From Candidatus Latescibacterota bacterium (GTDB lineage Bacteria; Latescibacterota; UBA2968; UBA8231): a stretch of 64,000 bases of DNA. Location: NCBI GenBank assembly GCA_965243025.1, contig CBDETY010000003.1:5408001-5472000 (forward strand), read 5' to 3'. Positions 40,670 to 51,446 of this stretch are shown piece by piece. The translations under genes and the position numbers were made by a program. The notes under the pieces are model-generated. The model searched no databases. It saw nothing but the letters and a program-made list of their open reading frames with translations, and was not told the DNA's origin. Each line of letters opens with the position of its first letter. The first letter of the stretch is position 1.

Positions 40670-40962
40670 GTATAGGACGTACAAAGGCCCTTTTTTCCTG
40701 AAAGCGCTGGAAGTGATCACGGCTGTCCATATCTCTCACAGGACAGGGGCACAGGTGCCGCTGCCGCTGGCCGAGGGGCTGGATCTGCTAGAAATCCGCC
40801 CGACGGGAGAGTGATCCCGCCGTCCGGAGGGCGTGCTCTCCAACACATCGCTTCGGCTGTCTGGCACGGCAGTTGCAATGTCCGTATGGTAACCGCACGG
40901 GCTGGGTATGCCATGACGACACGATCCATCTGGTGTCTCGCCGGGCTCCTGCCATCAACCCC
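40670..40962 (-). mobile_element. Non-autonomous IS91-like mini-element B, copy 1 (293 bp)
   Basis: Same two ends as 43807-44099, two SNPs; minus strand ends ...GTCCTATAC followed by GTCT, resembling IS91/ISCR oriIS. Confidence 0.75.
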
Positions 40963-41658
40963 ATGGGATGGGGCGGCATCGCTAAGACCATCGGCGCCTG
41001 GTATCCGCCGCACCGACACGGCACGGTCATGGGGTTCGTAAGCATCAATTTTCAGTTCGGCGGTGTGGCGGCAGCGCTGTTTGCGGGCTTCCTGGTTGCA
41101 CAGGGCGTCGGCTGGACCTGGATCACCAAGTTTCTGGTCGACATCGGCATGGTCAACGTGGATGCTCAGATCAGGACCGCCGTGATCGCGGCACTCGGTG
41201 TGCTCGGGACAGTGCTATTAGGTTGGTATACGGATAAGTACGCAAAAGACGGAGACCGGGCGCGGGCCATGTGGATTATGCTGTCGGGACTGGGATTTTG
41301 CCTTCTGGCGGTCGCATTTTTGGCTAACGCGGGAGAGCAGGCGCATATTACGATCGTGATATTGCTGGGGTTGAGCAGCTTCTGTCTGCTGGGACCTTAT
41401 TCCATGAGTTCCGGATGTATAACCCTCGATATTTCCGGGTCCGAAGGGGCCGGCAGTTGCACCGGCATGATCGACGGTGTCGGATACTTCGGCGCCTCCC
41501 TGGCCACCATCGGCGCGGGTGTGATCTCCGACAGCATGGGCTGGAGCCAGGTGTTTGTTATTCTCGCAATATTAGCATTCATAGCCACCGGTGCTGCTTA
41601 TCTGATGAGCCGGGATTACAGGAAAGAATTGGTTCATTTAAAAACAAACGACCAGTGA
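40963..41658 (+). pseudogene. MFS transporter remnant (GlpT/UhpC-like), 5'-truncated with probable internal deletion
   Basis: MGWGGIAKTIGAWYPPHRHGTVMG...; jumps from GVGW to TWITKFL; GSCTGMIDGVGYFGA. Confidence 0.7.
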
Positions 41659-41677
41659 GCACTAAGCGTCTTCAACA

Positions 41678-43105
41678 ATGAATCAATGGAGAAATAGTTT
41701 GTCTAAACTGGATCGTCGCACATTTTTGCGTCATACGGTGATAGCAGCTGGAGCGGTAGCGTTACAGGGACTGGTAACGCGACAGGCGCTGGCAAGAATT
41801 AATACATATCAGAATCTCACGGCATCGTTAGGGGACGGCGGCTACGGACCGCTCTATCCGATGCATTCTGCCAATACGAATGAACTATGTCTGGAACTGC
41901 CTCAGGGATTCCGGTATACCGTCCTGGGTAAAACCGGCTCGATCATGTCCGACGGCAACCCTACGCCCCGGGCCCATGATGGGATGGCTGCGTTTTCGGA
42001 CGGAGACACCATCCGGCTTGTGAGAAATCATGAGATCAACAATCAGCGCGGCAAACCGGGCGTTGCGATCGGTGGCGATGCGCCGGGCTATGATCTCTCC
42101 GCAGGCGCTGGAACGACGACGCTGGTGATCGATCCTGAAAGCCGGGATCTTATCAAAGATTTCGTGAGCCTGAACGGTTCTCTTCACAATTGCGCCGGCG
42201 GCCCTACACCATGGGGAACCTGGATTACGTGCGAAGAGACGACCATGGGCAGAACGATTGTCATAAATAATCGAAATAAAACCCATTACGGCGGATTTAA
42301 CGAAGATCATGGATATTGTCTCGAAGTCTCCGCGCTGGAGAATGAGCCGGTAAAAACACAACCGTTGCGGGAAATGGGGCGGTTCATCCACGAAGCCATC
42401 GCAGTCGATCCCGCGACCAGCATAGTCTATGAGACCGAGGATAATTCGAGGGCGGCGGGTTTTTATCGCTATATCCCTAACGAATCACAAAAACTCGCGG
42501 CTGGTGGCCGGTTGCAGATGCTGGCGGTGAAGGATCAACCTGCCTACGATACCAGAGTAAACCAGACCATGGGCAACGTCCTGCCGGTCACATGGGTGGA
42601 CATCGATAACCCGGATCCTTTGACTGCGAGCACCGATTCATCTGCGGTATATAACCAGGGATACGAAAAGGGCGGCGCGAACTTCAGTCGCCTGGAGGGA
42701 TGCTGGTACAGCAACGGCAGCATCTTCTTTACCTCAACCAGCGGCGGAGATGAAAAACTCGGTCAGATATGGGAATACCGTCCAACGACTGACGGCAACG
42801 GCACGCTGAAGCTGGTTTTCGAGTCGCCGGCGGCGGCGTTGCTGCAATCCCCGGATACTATCTGCGTCAGCCCAAATGGCGGCCTGGTCATCTGTGAAGA
42901 CAGTCCGCCTGAGGTCTACATCCGCGGCCTCACCGTCGAAGGCCGTATATTCGACCTGGCCAAGGATATAGCCGGTATCGAAGCGCGAGGCGAATTTGCC
43001 GGCGCCACGTTCAGCCCCGACGGCCAGACGCTTTTCGTGAATATGCAGCGCCCCGGTATCACCTATGCTATCTGGGGACCGTGGTATAAAGGCGCGCTAC
43101 TGTAA
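41678..43105 (+). CDS. phoX: PhoX-family (DUF839) alkaline phosphatase, Tat-exported
   Basis: Tat motif DRRTFLR; HDGMAAF, LVRNHE, NCAGGPTPWGTWITCEE, MGRFIHEA, RLEGCW, GEFAGATFSPDGQTLFVNMQ. Confidence 0.88.
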   Translation: MNQWRNSLSKLDRRTFLRHTVIAAGAVALQGLVTRQALARINTYQNLTASLGDGGYGPLYPMHSANTNELCLELPQGFRYTVLGKTGSIMSDGNPTPRAHDGMAAFSDGDTIRLVRNHEINNQRGKPGVAIGGDAPGYDLSAGAGTTTLVIDPESRDLIKDFVSLNGSLHNCAGGPTPWGTWITCEETTMGRTIVINNRNKTHYGGFNEDHGYCLEVSALENEPVKTQPLREMGRFIHEAIAVDPATSIVYETEDNSRAAGFYRYIPNESQKLAAGGRLQMLAVKDQPAYDTRVNQTMGNVLPVTWVDIDNPDPLTASTDSSAVYNQGYEKGGANFSRLEGCWYSNGSIFFTSTSGGDEKLGQIWEYRPTTDGNGTLKLVFESPAAALLQSPDTICVSPNGGLVICEDSPPEVYIRGLTVEGRIFDLAKDIAGIEARGEFAGATFSPDGQTLFVNMQRPGITYAIWGPWYKGALL

Positions 43106-43163
43106 TGTGGAATGGGGAGTGCGGAACCACGAAGTGAATGCAAGCACTCCGCACTCCGCATTC
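43106..43163. repeat. Intergenic palindromic heptamer repeat
   Basis: tgtggaa/tggggag/tgcggaa facing cactccg/cactccg/cattctg. Confidence 0.5.
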
Positions 43164-43176
43164 TGAAAGGAATATC

Positions 43177-43806
43177 ATGACAACAGATCATCTCCCCTTA
43201 CGGCGTGTTGATCACATCAAATTCTTTGTCGGCAATGCCCGGCAGTCGGCTTATTTCTACCGCAATGCGTTCGGATTTGATGTGATCGGGTATGGAGGGC
43301 TGGAAACTGGAATGAAGAAGGAGGCGGGGTATGTACTCAAGCAGGGTAATATCACGTTTGTCCTTGTTTCACCGCTTCAGAGCGATCATCCGGACAGTGA
43401 ACGGTTGATGCTGCACGGCGACGGTGTTAAGGATGTGGCGCTGGAGGTGGATGATGTTGCAGCAGCATATGAGGCCACCGTCAGCCGCGGTGCGGTTGGA
43501 ATAACCGAACCGACGGTGATAGAGAACGAGGAGGGCATCTACGAGTTCGCCACGATCCGGACGTACGGCGATACCACGCATACGTTCGTGAACCACGACC
43601 GGTACGAAGGCGTATTAGCGCCCGGCTACCGGCCGATCGACCCGGCGCGGTACAGGGAGGACACGCGGAGACCAGTGGGACTGAGGGCGATTGATCACAT
43701 CGTCGGCAATGTGGAACTGGGTAAGATGGATGAGTGGGTGCATTTCTATGAGCATGTGATGGGGTTTACGCAGCTTATTCATTTCGACGACAACGACATC
43801 AGGAAC
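43177..43806 (+). pseudogene. hppD: 4-hydroxyphenylpyruvate dioxygenase, 3'-truncated by mini-element B
   Basis: DHIKFFVGNARQSA, HGDGVKDVAL, IRTYGDTTHTFV, IDHIVGNVELGKMDEWV..FDDNDI, then element B; remainder absent. Confidence 0.9.
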
Positions 43807-44099
43807 GTATAGGACGTACAAAGGCCCTTTTTTCCTGAAAGCGCTGGAAGTGATCACGGCTGTCCATATCTCTCACAAGACAGGGGCACAGGTGCCGCTG
43901 CCGCTGGCCGAGGGGCTGGATCTGCTAGAAATCCGCTCGACGGGAGAGTGATCCCGCCGTCCGGAGGGCGTGCTCTCCAACACATCGCTTCGGCTGTCTG
44001 GCACGGCAGTTGCAATGTCCGTATGGTAACCGCACGGGCTGGGTATGCCATGACGACACGATCCATCTGGTGTCTCGCCGGGCTCCTGCCATCAACCCC
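43807..44099 (-). mobile_element. Non-autonomous IS91-like mini-element B, copy 2 (293 bp)
   Basis: Direct repeat of 40670-40962; ori-like end CCTATAC abuts GTTC, a canonical IS91-family target tetramer. Confidence 0.78.
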
Positions 44100-44132
44100 C
44101 AGATCGATATAGACTACCGATAAACGACTCTC

Positions 44133-44999
44133 ATGCCGGAAGACGACGGCACCACCGCCCACCCGTGGACGGCTGAAGAGATCCAGGCACGACTCGGCAC
44201 CTCGACCATCGTATTCGAGCGCGACCGGCTCTTGCGATCCGAGGACCTCGCGATGATCGCCGAGAGGGGCATCGAGTACGTCGAACTGTGCGGTCTCGGA
44301 AATCCGGGCCACATGGACATCGACGATCCCAAATACAACGCATGGCTCCGTTCGGAGTGCGAGAAGCAGGGCCTGTCGATCGTGGTGACCCACTGTCCCG
44401 GTTTCCTGTTCAACTCCGACGAAAAGGAGAACCGACGGAAGGCTGTCGCGCAGGGTGTGCAGACGGCGAAGATCTCGGAGGAGTTGGGCGCAGGTATCAT
44501 GGTTTGCCACTTCCGGACCGAGGAGCCCTCGGAGAGAAGCATCCACGAGATGCTCGACCAGCTCCAGGACTGCTCCATCAAGCTCACCATCGAGAACGGT
44601 CGTGACCTGTCAGACTTCACCGCCTTCGTGGACAAGGTGGGTTCCGACCGCTTGGGCATGGTCGTCGACATCGGCCACACGCGGGACGAGGACGAGGTGA
44701 ATCCCTTCACCAAGGCTGAGCGCGCCCGCGAGACTCTGGCGCAGTGTGGAGACCGTCTTCTGCATCTGCACCTTCACGACTGGGTCGACCACGACCACTA
44801 TTCCCCGCTGGACGGCGAGATACACTGGCCCGGCGTGTTCGATGCCCTCAGGGATATCGACTACAAGGGCTACTATATGTTCGAAGCGCTGTACGTACCG
44901 CACAAACGAGGCGAGGAGCTCGAGCCCGACTATGTCCTCGATAAGGTCGCTGCCTTCCCAAATGATTTCGTCGAGCGCTACACTCACCTGGCGAATTGA
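44133..44999 (+). CDS. Sugar phosphate isomerase/epimerase (xylose-isomerase-like TIM barrel)
   Basis: GIEYVEL, LTIEN, VVDIGH, LHLHLHD..DH.SPLDGEIHW, YKGYYMFE. Confidence 0.85.
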   Translation: MPEDDGTTAHPWTAEEIQARLGTSTIVFERDRLLRSEDLAMIAERGIEYVELCGLGNPGHMDIDDPKYNAWLRSECEKQGLSIVVTHCPGFLFNSDEKENRRKAVAQGVQTAKISEELGAGIMVCHFRTEEPSERSIHEMLDQLQDCSIKLTIENGRDLSDFTAFVDKVGSDRLGMVVDIGHTRDEDEVNPFTKAERARETLAQCGDRLLHLHLHDWVDHDHYSPLDGEIHWPGVFDALRDIDYKGYYMFEALYVPHKRGEELEPDYVLDKVAAFPNDFVERYTHLAN

Positions 45000-45152
45000 A
45001 CCGGATGGATGGTCGATCGTCCGCGGGAGTTTGGATTTTTCGACTTCGACCGGGAAGCCTACATTGAGGAGTAACTGGCGCGTCAATAGCTGGAAATTTG
45101 GAGAATACTAATTGTTGGCAGTCGAACAATGGATCGCGGCCAAAACGGGTCA

Positions 45153-45770
45153 ATGACTGACGGCGCTTTGAAGATAACCGAGTCACAGCGGCAGCAGTTC
45201 GATGAAGACGGCTTCTTCCTGGTGGAAGAGGCCCTGGCCCCGGATGAGGTCGATGAACTCATCGAGCTCGTCGACGTGCTGTACGAGAAGTATCGACGTG
45301 AGCGCGACCTCGGTCCCCACAAGCGGTTTCAGATGCGCAACGTTGTAGCGGCCCATCCCCTGTTTCGGCGCCTCATAGACCATCCGGCCATTCTACCGCT
45401 TGTCGTCGACACCATCGGCTTCAACATCCAGCTTCGCACCTCGCACATGGACGTTCGCCCGCCGCAGGAGCTCGAGGACGGCGAAGCCGCCCTGGGGACG
45501 CCCGACAGCTTCTTCCCCTGGCATGCGGACGCCCCAGACTACGGCTGGGCACTGGTCGATGGCGTCATCCCCTTCATGGAGCTGAAGGTGGGCTACTACC
45601 TGACCGATCTCACTGCCCACAACAGCGGCGCCATCTGCGTGGTGCGCGGCAGCCACCGCCAGTCACCGTGGATGGAGAGCGACGGCGAGCGCGTGGCCGA
45701 TCCCGAGCGCATCGTCGAGGTCAACGTGAAGCCGGGAACGGCCATGATCTGGCACACCCAGCTCTACCAC
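45153..45770 (+). pseudogene. PhyH-family dioxygenase, 3'-truncated by mini-element A
   Basis: QFDEDGFFLVEEAL, WHAD, GAICVVRGSH, KPGTAMIWHTQLYHA, then element A. Confidence 0.8.
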
Positions 45771-45839
45771 GCCGGAGGTCTCGACCTCACGTCCCAACCG
45801 ATATAGACTACCAAGAATGGCCGCTTATCAGTCCTATCC
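45771..45839 (+). mobile_element. IS91/ISCR oriIS remnant A (69 bp)
   Basis: Identical to 51375-51443, the terminus downstream of the IS91-type transposase. Confidence 0.85.
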
Positions 45840-46489
45840 GTAAGCAGCGGCTGTTTGCCGCGACGGAAGACCTGCTGGACGACCGTCTCCCGCTCGTCGT
45901 AATCAAAATTCTCAGGCAGGGGCGGGAGCGCGTCGGGAGAAAACCCTTGCGCTTCCGGGCCGGGGATCGCTTTGAACTCGTGGGTGTGCTCGTACTCGCA
46001 GATGTCGTGGGGGTTGACGAGGCCGATCTGGAGATAGAACGGCTTCGACGAATTACGGCTGTCGAGGAAGTCGATCAGAGCGTGGGTGGAGACGCGATCG
46101 TAGTATTCCGCTCCTCCCGCAGCGATGTCCCTGTTGCCCGTGTAGAGGTTTTGGAAGCTGTCTCTCATCGACCGACCGCGTATGTGCCACTTCCCACAGT
46201 GGACGGCGTCGTAGCCGTTCCCGTTCAGGATCTGTCCCAGATCGGGAATGTCCTCGTGCATCAGGCCGGGGTTGAAGCAGACGCCGTTCTCCGATGTGTA
46301 CCGTCCGGTCATCCAACTGGCCCGTGAGGCTGAGCAGACCGGATCGGCACAATAGCTCCGCATGAAGGAGGTCCCGTTGTGGTGCAGGCGATCCATGTGG
46401 GGCGTGCGGACGTGCGGATTGCCGTACGCCGAGACGACATTCCACGTCTGCTGGTCGGTGTTGATGAAGAGGATGTTCGGCCGGTCCAT
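45840..46489 (-). pseudogene. Sulfatase, 3'-truncated at oriIS remnant A
   Basis: RPNILFINTDQQ, CSASRASWMTG (CxxxR), GKWH, NPHD; only about 215 codons remain. Confidence 0.85.
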
Positions 46490-47253
46490 CACGTCCCTCG
46501 CTCGCAGAGGACGTAGGTGGAGAGGATCGTGGAAACGAGGGCTACGTCGCCGGACTCGGTCAGCCACCAGTACGAGGGGGGCAGGCCTTCGCCGGAAAGC
46601 ACGTGTCCAGTCAGCTTGTGTGATGCGAAGGTCCACGTCTCGAGGGGATGGATCCGGCAGCCGAGTTTGAGCGTTTCGAGGTCTTCGAGGATGGAGAATC
46701 CATCACCCCCGCCGGTCAGTGTCGGGAGGACGTCGAGGAGGGCCCAGATGGTCGTCAGCGGCGTGCCGGGCGGCACCTCACCTGCTTCGAACGAGAGTCC
46801 ACGCGAGGTGGTGAGCGAGATCGTCGCCCCCTCGATCGATCCCTTCCAGTCGACTTCGCTGTACACGCCGTCGGCGACGTTATGTGCCAGAATCCGCCAG
46901 GGGCTGCGGAGTGGACGGAGCGGTTCGTCGCCGCAGGTGAAGTCGAGGGTGAGGCGCTCGCCGCTCGGCGCGTTGTCGTGGATGACGCGATAACGCCATC
47001 CGGATTCGGCCAGTGTTCGCTCGACGAGGAGTGATCCGATGCTGAACTGGGCGCTGTGCGTCGCGTCCTCATTGTAACCACACCAGAAGTTGGGGAGGAT
47101 CGTGTAGCTGTGCGTCTTGGCGGATGCGTTTGGATCGACAGATGGGGAGGAGAGGGCTTCGGATAAAGGCTGTGAGAGCTCGGAGCGGACGTCCCAGTGA
47201 TCCGTCTGGGCCGTGTAGTCGACGCTCCAGTGCAGGTCGCTCACGTCGCGCAT
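46489..47253 (-). CDS. Hypothetical protein
   Basis: 254 aa ORF with host-like codon usage, stop overlaps the sulfatase start. Confidence 0.6.
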   Translation of the reverse strand: MRDVSDLHWSVDYTAQTDHWDVRSELSQPLSEALSSPSVDPNASAKTHSYTILPNFWCGYNEDATHSAQFSIGSLLVERTLAESGWRYRVIHDNAPSGERLTLDFTCGDEPLRPLRSPWRILAHNVADGVYSEVDWKGSIEGATISLTTSRGLSFEAGEVPPGTPLTTIWALLDVLPTLTGGGDGFSILEDLETLKLGCRIHPLETWTFASHKLTGHVLSGEGLPPSYWWLTESGDVALVSTILSTYVLCERGT

Positions 47254-47551
47254 CTCAGATTGAGGCGACTGTCAGAAAGAGAAATCGAAAAGGTGTAGGA
47301 CCGACGTGAAATCGGCTCTCCCGTAGAATGCAATAGCACCCATATCTGCTGAGTGTACTCCACCCGGCAAGATGATGCGAGATCGGTAGAAATGGCGAGC
47401 AGCCAACTATTCTGAACGACCATTCGTCATCTGCACAGATCGTGTTGACGTGGTTCTGGCGGCGCCATAGTATACCGAGCGGATACGGATAGCTCGCTGA
47501 GAGACTGTGCTCGTGAGTTCCTCGTGCATTTCAAGCAAGCGGAGGGAAACC

Positions 47552-50212
47552 ATGGCAGACGCCCTGAGAAGCGTCAACACATTGTTGAGAAGGCCACCGT
47601 CGAGGTCTGCAACAGCGCTGATGCCGCTCGCAATCGTCGGTGTATTGGTACTGTCTCCCCTTGTCACGCCAGCCGCCGCTCGAACGGAGGCATTTGAAGT
47701 CGGTGATGCCAACAAAGACCAGCTGCCAACCGGCAAGGAGGCTGACGGCATACTCGGCGACTTCGTGATGCGGAATGACCTGATCGAAGCGACTATCTCA
47801 GGCGATCTGCCAAGACGCAAGGCGAATATTGCCGCGTTTTACGCTGCCATCACACCGGGCTGCGTGTATGATCTCTCCGTACGAGGTTCCAGAAACGACC
47901 AACTCACCCTGTTTTCCCCGTCTTTCCAGCACGGGGATGTCAATTATGTCCGAATCCTGGATGGTGGGAAGTCGGGCAAAGCGAGCATTGAGACGGTCGT
48001 ATCTGCGGCCAGGAACAGTGGTCTCTACAAGCGCCATCTCTATCACCTCCAGGATGGCTGGCGAGGCCTTCTCATCGAGACGACCCTGCGCAACGAAGCC
48101 GATTCGACCCACCGAGTCGGCACGGAGGACCGGCTCGAAGATCAGGCCGATGCCCGCAACGTGGGTGAGAATACGGTCATCTACATTACTGATCCGGCGG
48201 ACAAGGCGGGGTACGCATTCGGTTGGGTCGGTGAAGCGCCGGCCGATACACTGGAGCTGCTGCCCGGTCAGGAGGTCACCTACAAGCGCTTTCTGGCTGT
48301 CGGCACATCTCCCGCAGAGGCATACGGACTGGTGGTCCAGCGCCAGGGCGAATTCGGCACTGTTTCGGGTGTGATTGTCGGTCCCAGCGGGAAAGGCGTA
48401 CCGACGGCACACATCGAGATAACAAGCGACGACGATACACTGGCAACCTATCCCGATGCTGACGGCAGGTTCAATTTTGCACTGCGACCGGGATCGTACG
48501 ATTTCCTAGTGACGGACGTGGGACGAGCAGAGGTACGTCAATCGTTGGCGCTAGTCTCCGGTGAGGTCCGATCGCTGAGTTTTGAGATGGACCGGGCCTC
48601 CACCGTCGCCCTGGACATTCGCGATGAGGACAGCGGGAGCATCCCCTGTAAGGTCCAATTCATTGGCATTGAGGGCAGCGAGTCACCCGATCTGGGACCC
48701 AGAACAAGGGCGCACGGGTGTCTCGACCAGTATCACTCGGAGACTGGTCAGTTCGAAGTGCAGGTTCCGCCGGGAGATTACCGCGTTGTGGTAACCCGCG
48801 GCATCGAGTTCGGCCATCTCGAGAAGGAGATACAACTGCGTCCGGGTCGTACCGAGAAAATTCGGGGTGTACTCCGCCGGCTCGTGGACACAGAGGGTTG
48901 GGTCAGTACCGACTTCCACAACCACTCGACGCCCAGCGGCGACAATGTGACCAACTCCCGCGACCGCGTAATCAACCTGGCGGCAGAGCACATAGAATTC
49001 GCGCCAACAACCGAGCACAATCGGCTCTACGATTGGCAGCCGTTCATCGACGAGCTGGGTCTGGCCGACGAGGTTGTGACGATCCCTGGCCTCGAGTTGA
49101 CCGTGAAGGGTCCCCACCTCAACGCCTTCCCATTTGTTCCGGACCCGTACGCTCAGGATGGGGGAGCTCCGCAACGACAGCTGAGGTATCTCTGGCCAGC
49201 TGCCCCGAGATACACCGATCCTCGGATCAACGCCATCCTGCTGCGCGATTTTCAGCGTTCGTCGGAAGACCTCATGCCGGAGCGATGGGTCCACCTCAAC
49301 CACCCGAACATGTCGTTGAATTTTGTCGACCGGGACAAGGACGGTCGAGAAGATGGCGGCTACCGCGGGTTGGCTGCGTTGATTGACGGGTCCGAGTTGT
49401 GTGGGTTTTGGACCTGTACGGAGAGGGGTGAGGACATACTGGCTCGTTCACCGTGGCGGATCGTGACTCGAGACGAGGAGGAGTTAGTGCGGCATCGTCG
49501 CGAGTTCATCTGGCTGCAGTTGCTCAATCGCGGTCATCGTTATACCGCCATCGCAGTATCCGACGCACATACGATCCACGGTAACGGCGTCGGCGGCTGG
49601 AGAACATACATTACTAGCAGCAGCGATCGACCGGCCGATATCGACTGGAAAGAGGTCGTAGGCAATGCCAAAGCCGGTCAGGCTCTGATCACCAACGGTC
49701 CCTTCCTCAGGGTCGAGACGGTCGACGGTACGTTGCCGGGAGGCAGTGCGCGAGCGCAGGGATCAATCGCACTGCGTATCGAGGTACAGTGCACTGACTG
49801 GATCGACATCGACCGCGTCCAGATCCTCGTCAACGGCCGGCAGCAGCCGGATCTCAACTTCACGAAGGAATCTCATCGCGACTGGTTCAGCGATGGCGTG
49901 GTGAAATTCAGCCGAGTCATCGACGTACCCCTAAGTCAGGACAGTCATATAATCATTGCCGCTATAGGCGAAAACTCGGATCTGTCGGTTGGGTACGGCA
50001 GCAGTTGGCAGGCACGGATGAAGCCGGTGGCCTACACGAATCCGATCTGGGTCGATGTGGACGGAGGCGGATTCGTGCCTAACGGGGATGATCTCGGTTG
50101 GGACTTGCCCGTAATGGAGAAGGCTCCATCTTGGCGCGGTCGTCCCAGTAAGACGGTGGAGGAAGTACGCAAGATGCTTCTAGCCGCCGGGCTGGACGAT
50201 TCTGGCGTCTAG
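47552..50212 (+). CDS. Secreted CehA/McbA-like PHP metallohydrolase with carboxypeptidase-regulatory-like domains
   Basis: GGAGG RBS; signal peptide; GWVSTDFHNHSTPSGD, PTTEHN, HLNAFP, LNHP, AVSDAH, ITNGPFL, AYTNPIWVDVDG. Confidence 0.8.
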   Translation: MADALRSVNTLLRRPPSRSATALMPLAIVGVLVLSPLVTPAAARTEAFEVGDANKDQLPTGKEADGILGDFVMRNDLIEATISGDLPRRKANIAAFYAAITPGCVYDLSVRGSRNDQLTLFSPSFQHGDVNYVRILDGGKSGKASIETVVSAARNSGLYKRHLYHLQDGWRGLLIETTLRNEADSTHRVGTEDRLEDQADARNVGENTVIYITDPADKAGYAFGWVGEAPADTLELLPGQEVTYKRFLAVGTSPAEAYGLVVQRQGEFGTVSGVIVGPSGKGVPTAHIEITSDDDTLATYPDADGRFNFALRPGSYDFLVTDVGRAEVRQSLALVSGEVRSLSFEMDRASTVALDIRDEDSGSIPCKVQFIGIEGSESPDLGPRTRAHGCLDQYHSETGQFEVQVPPGDYRVVVTRGIEFGHLEKEIQLRPGRTEKIRGVLRRLVDTEGWVSTDFHNHSTPSGDNVTNSRDRVINLAAEHIEFAPTTEHNRLYDWQPFIDELGLADEVVTIPGLELTVKGPHLNAFPFVPDPYAQDGGAPQRQLRYLWPAAPRYTDPRINAILLRDFQRSSEDLMPERWVHLNHPNMSLNFVDRDKDGREDGGYRGLAALIDGSELCGFWTCTERGEDILARSPWRIVTRDEEELVRHRREFIWLQLLNRGHRYTAIAVSDAHTIHGNGVGGWRTYITSSSDRPADIDWKEVVGNAKAGQALITNGPFLRVETVDGTLPGGSARAQGSIALRIEVQCTDWIDIDRVQILVNGRQQPDLNFTKESHRDWFSDGVVKFSRVIDVPLSQDSHIIIAAIGENSDLSVGYGSSWQARMKPVAYTNPIWVDVDGGGFVPNGDDLGWDLPVMEKAPSWRGRPSKTVEEVRKMLLAAGLDDSGV

Positions 50213-50316
50213 CAGCAACGCGCGCAATCACCGCGGATAGGGGAACCCTCCTCCCCATGCAAGATCACTTGTTGCTCTTGCCCACGACTACCCAAATGAG
50301 CCACTGCACTCACATT

Positions 50317-50579
50317 TGGCTACAGTCAGGTCGACGCACTGACCATTTACCGCCTCGGCGGAGAGGATCTCCCCGCGCCGGAAAAGGCAGAAGAGGTCGG
50401 TGTCGACTTCGTTCAGCTGATGTGGGAGGACCTCGACGAGGACCAGTTCGGTAGCGCTCACCAGCTCGAATTGACGGGATTTGCCGAGCCGGTGCGACTC
50501 GACCCCACCGTCAACCTCACGCCGCTTCTCAGGGACCGGGGCGGCGTGGTCAAGTTGAACAACTCGTACTCCTTCCTCG
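50317..50579 (+). repeat. Duplicate of 39552-39814 (5' fragment of class I FlgD-Ig paralog)
   Basis: 263 bp with no difference seen. Confidence 0.92.
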
Positions 50580-51228
50580 GGAGCGCGCTGGCCAACGTCT
50601 TCGACGGGTGCTCCGGGATCCCGCCACTGGGGTGCGCACCGCGCCCCTGTGCTTTGCGTCGCGCGGCTTCTCCCTGCATGCGGCGACCCGGATCGCGGCC
50701 GATGACCGGTTGGGGCTTGAGAAGTTGTGCCGCTATGTCGCCAGACTCGCCCTGGCGGCGGGACGATTGTGCATCATCAACACCGACCAGCTTTCCTTCG
50801 AGCTCAAAACGCCCTGGTCAAACGGCACCACCCATCTCGTGCTCTCGCCCCACGAATTGCTCGAGAAACTGGCCGCCCTCGTACCCCCACCACGGCTCAA
50901 CCTGATACGATATCATGGCATCCTGGCGCCCAGTGCCCGAGACCGCGCCCACATCGTTCCGGGCACCGAAAACCAGTCCGAGGCTACGTCCGGGTCGGCC
51001 CACCCGCCTTGCCCTCATCGGCTCTCCTGGTGCCAATTGCTCGCACGCGTGTTCGCCCTCGACGTCACTGAATGCCCGCGTTGTGGAGGACCCATGCGCA
51101 TCATCGCGGCCCTGACGGAGCCCGCCTCGATTCGCTCCTACCTCACAGGCGTCGGCCTGTCGGCACGGCCCCCACCGATCGCACCGGCACGACCGCCCCT
51201 GCAGCCCGAGCTCGAATACGCGGCCTGA
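50580..51228 (+). pseudogene. C-terminal half of an IS91/ISCR-type rolling-circle (HUH) transposase
   Basis: GFSLHAA, LEKLCRYVAR, LKTPWSNGTT, LAALVPPPRLNLIRYHGILAP, WCQLLARVFALDVTECPRCGGPMRIIA; N-terminal half missing. Confidence 0.9.
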
Positions 51229-51384
51229 TCCGGACGCACCGCCGTAGGATCCGTACGCCTGAATCGTCCTTTCGGGCCTGAAAACTCCCAAGAATTTGTC
51301 GCTCAACCCAACCCCGCCCGCAATCCATGCTCACCATCGGCCGGTGAGCCTCGCGCAGCATCCATCCCCGTCGAGCCGGAGGTC

Positions 51385-51413
51385 TCGACCTCACGTCCCA
51401 ACCGATATAGACT
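51385..51413 (+). promoter_or_regulatory. Candidate outward-facing sigma70-type promoter within oriIS A
   Basis: TCGACC-17 bp-TAGACT; retained in all four A copies. Confidence 0.55.
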
Positions 51414-51446
51414 ACCAAGAATGGCCGCTTATCAGTCCTATCCGTC

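Larger units (their letters stand above)
50580..51443 (+). mobile_element. 5'-truncated IS91/ISCR element A with oriIS end
   Basis: Transposase remnant plus 215 bp tail ending CAGTCCTATCC; tail recurs at three other junctions. Confidence 0.85.
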
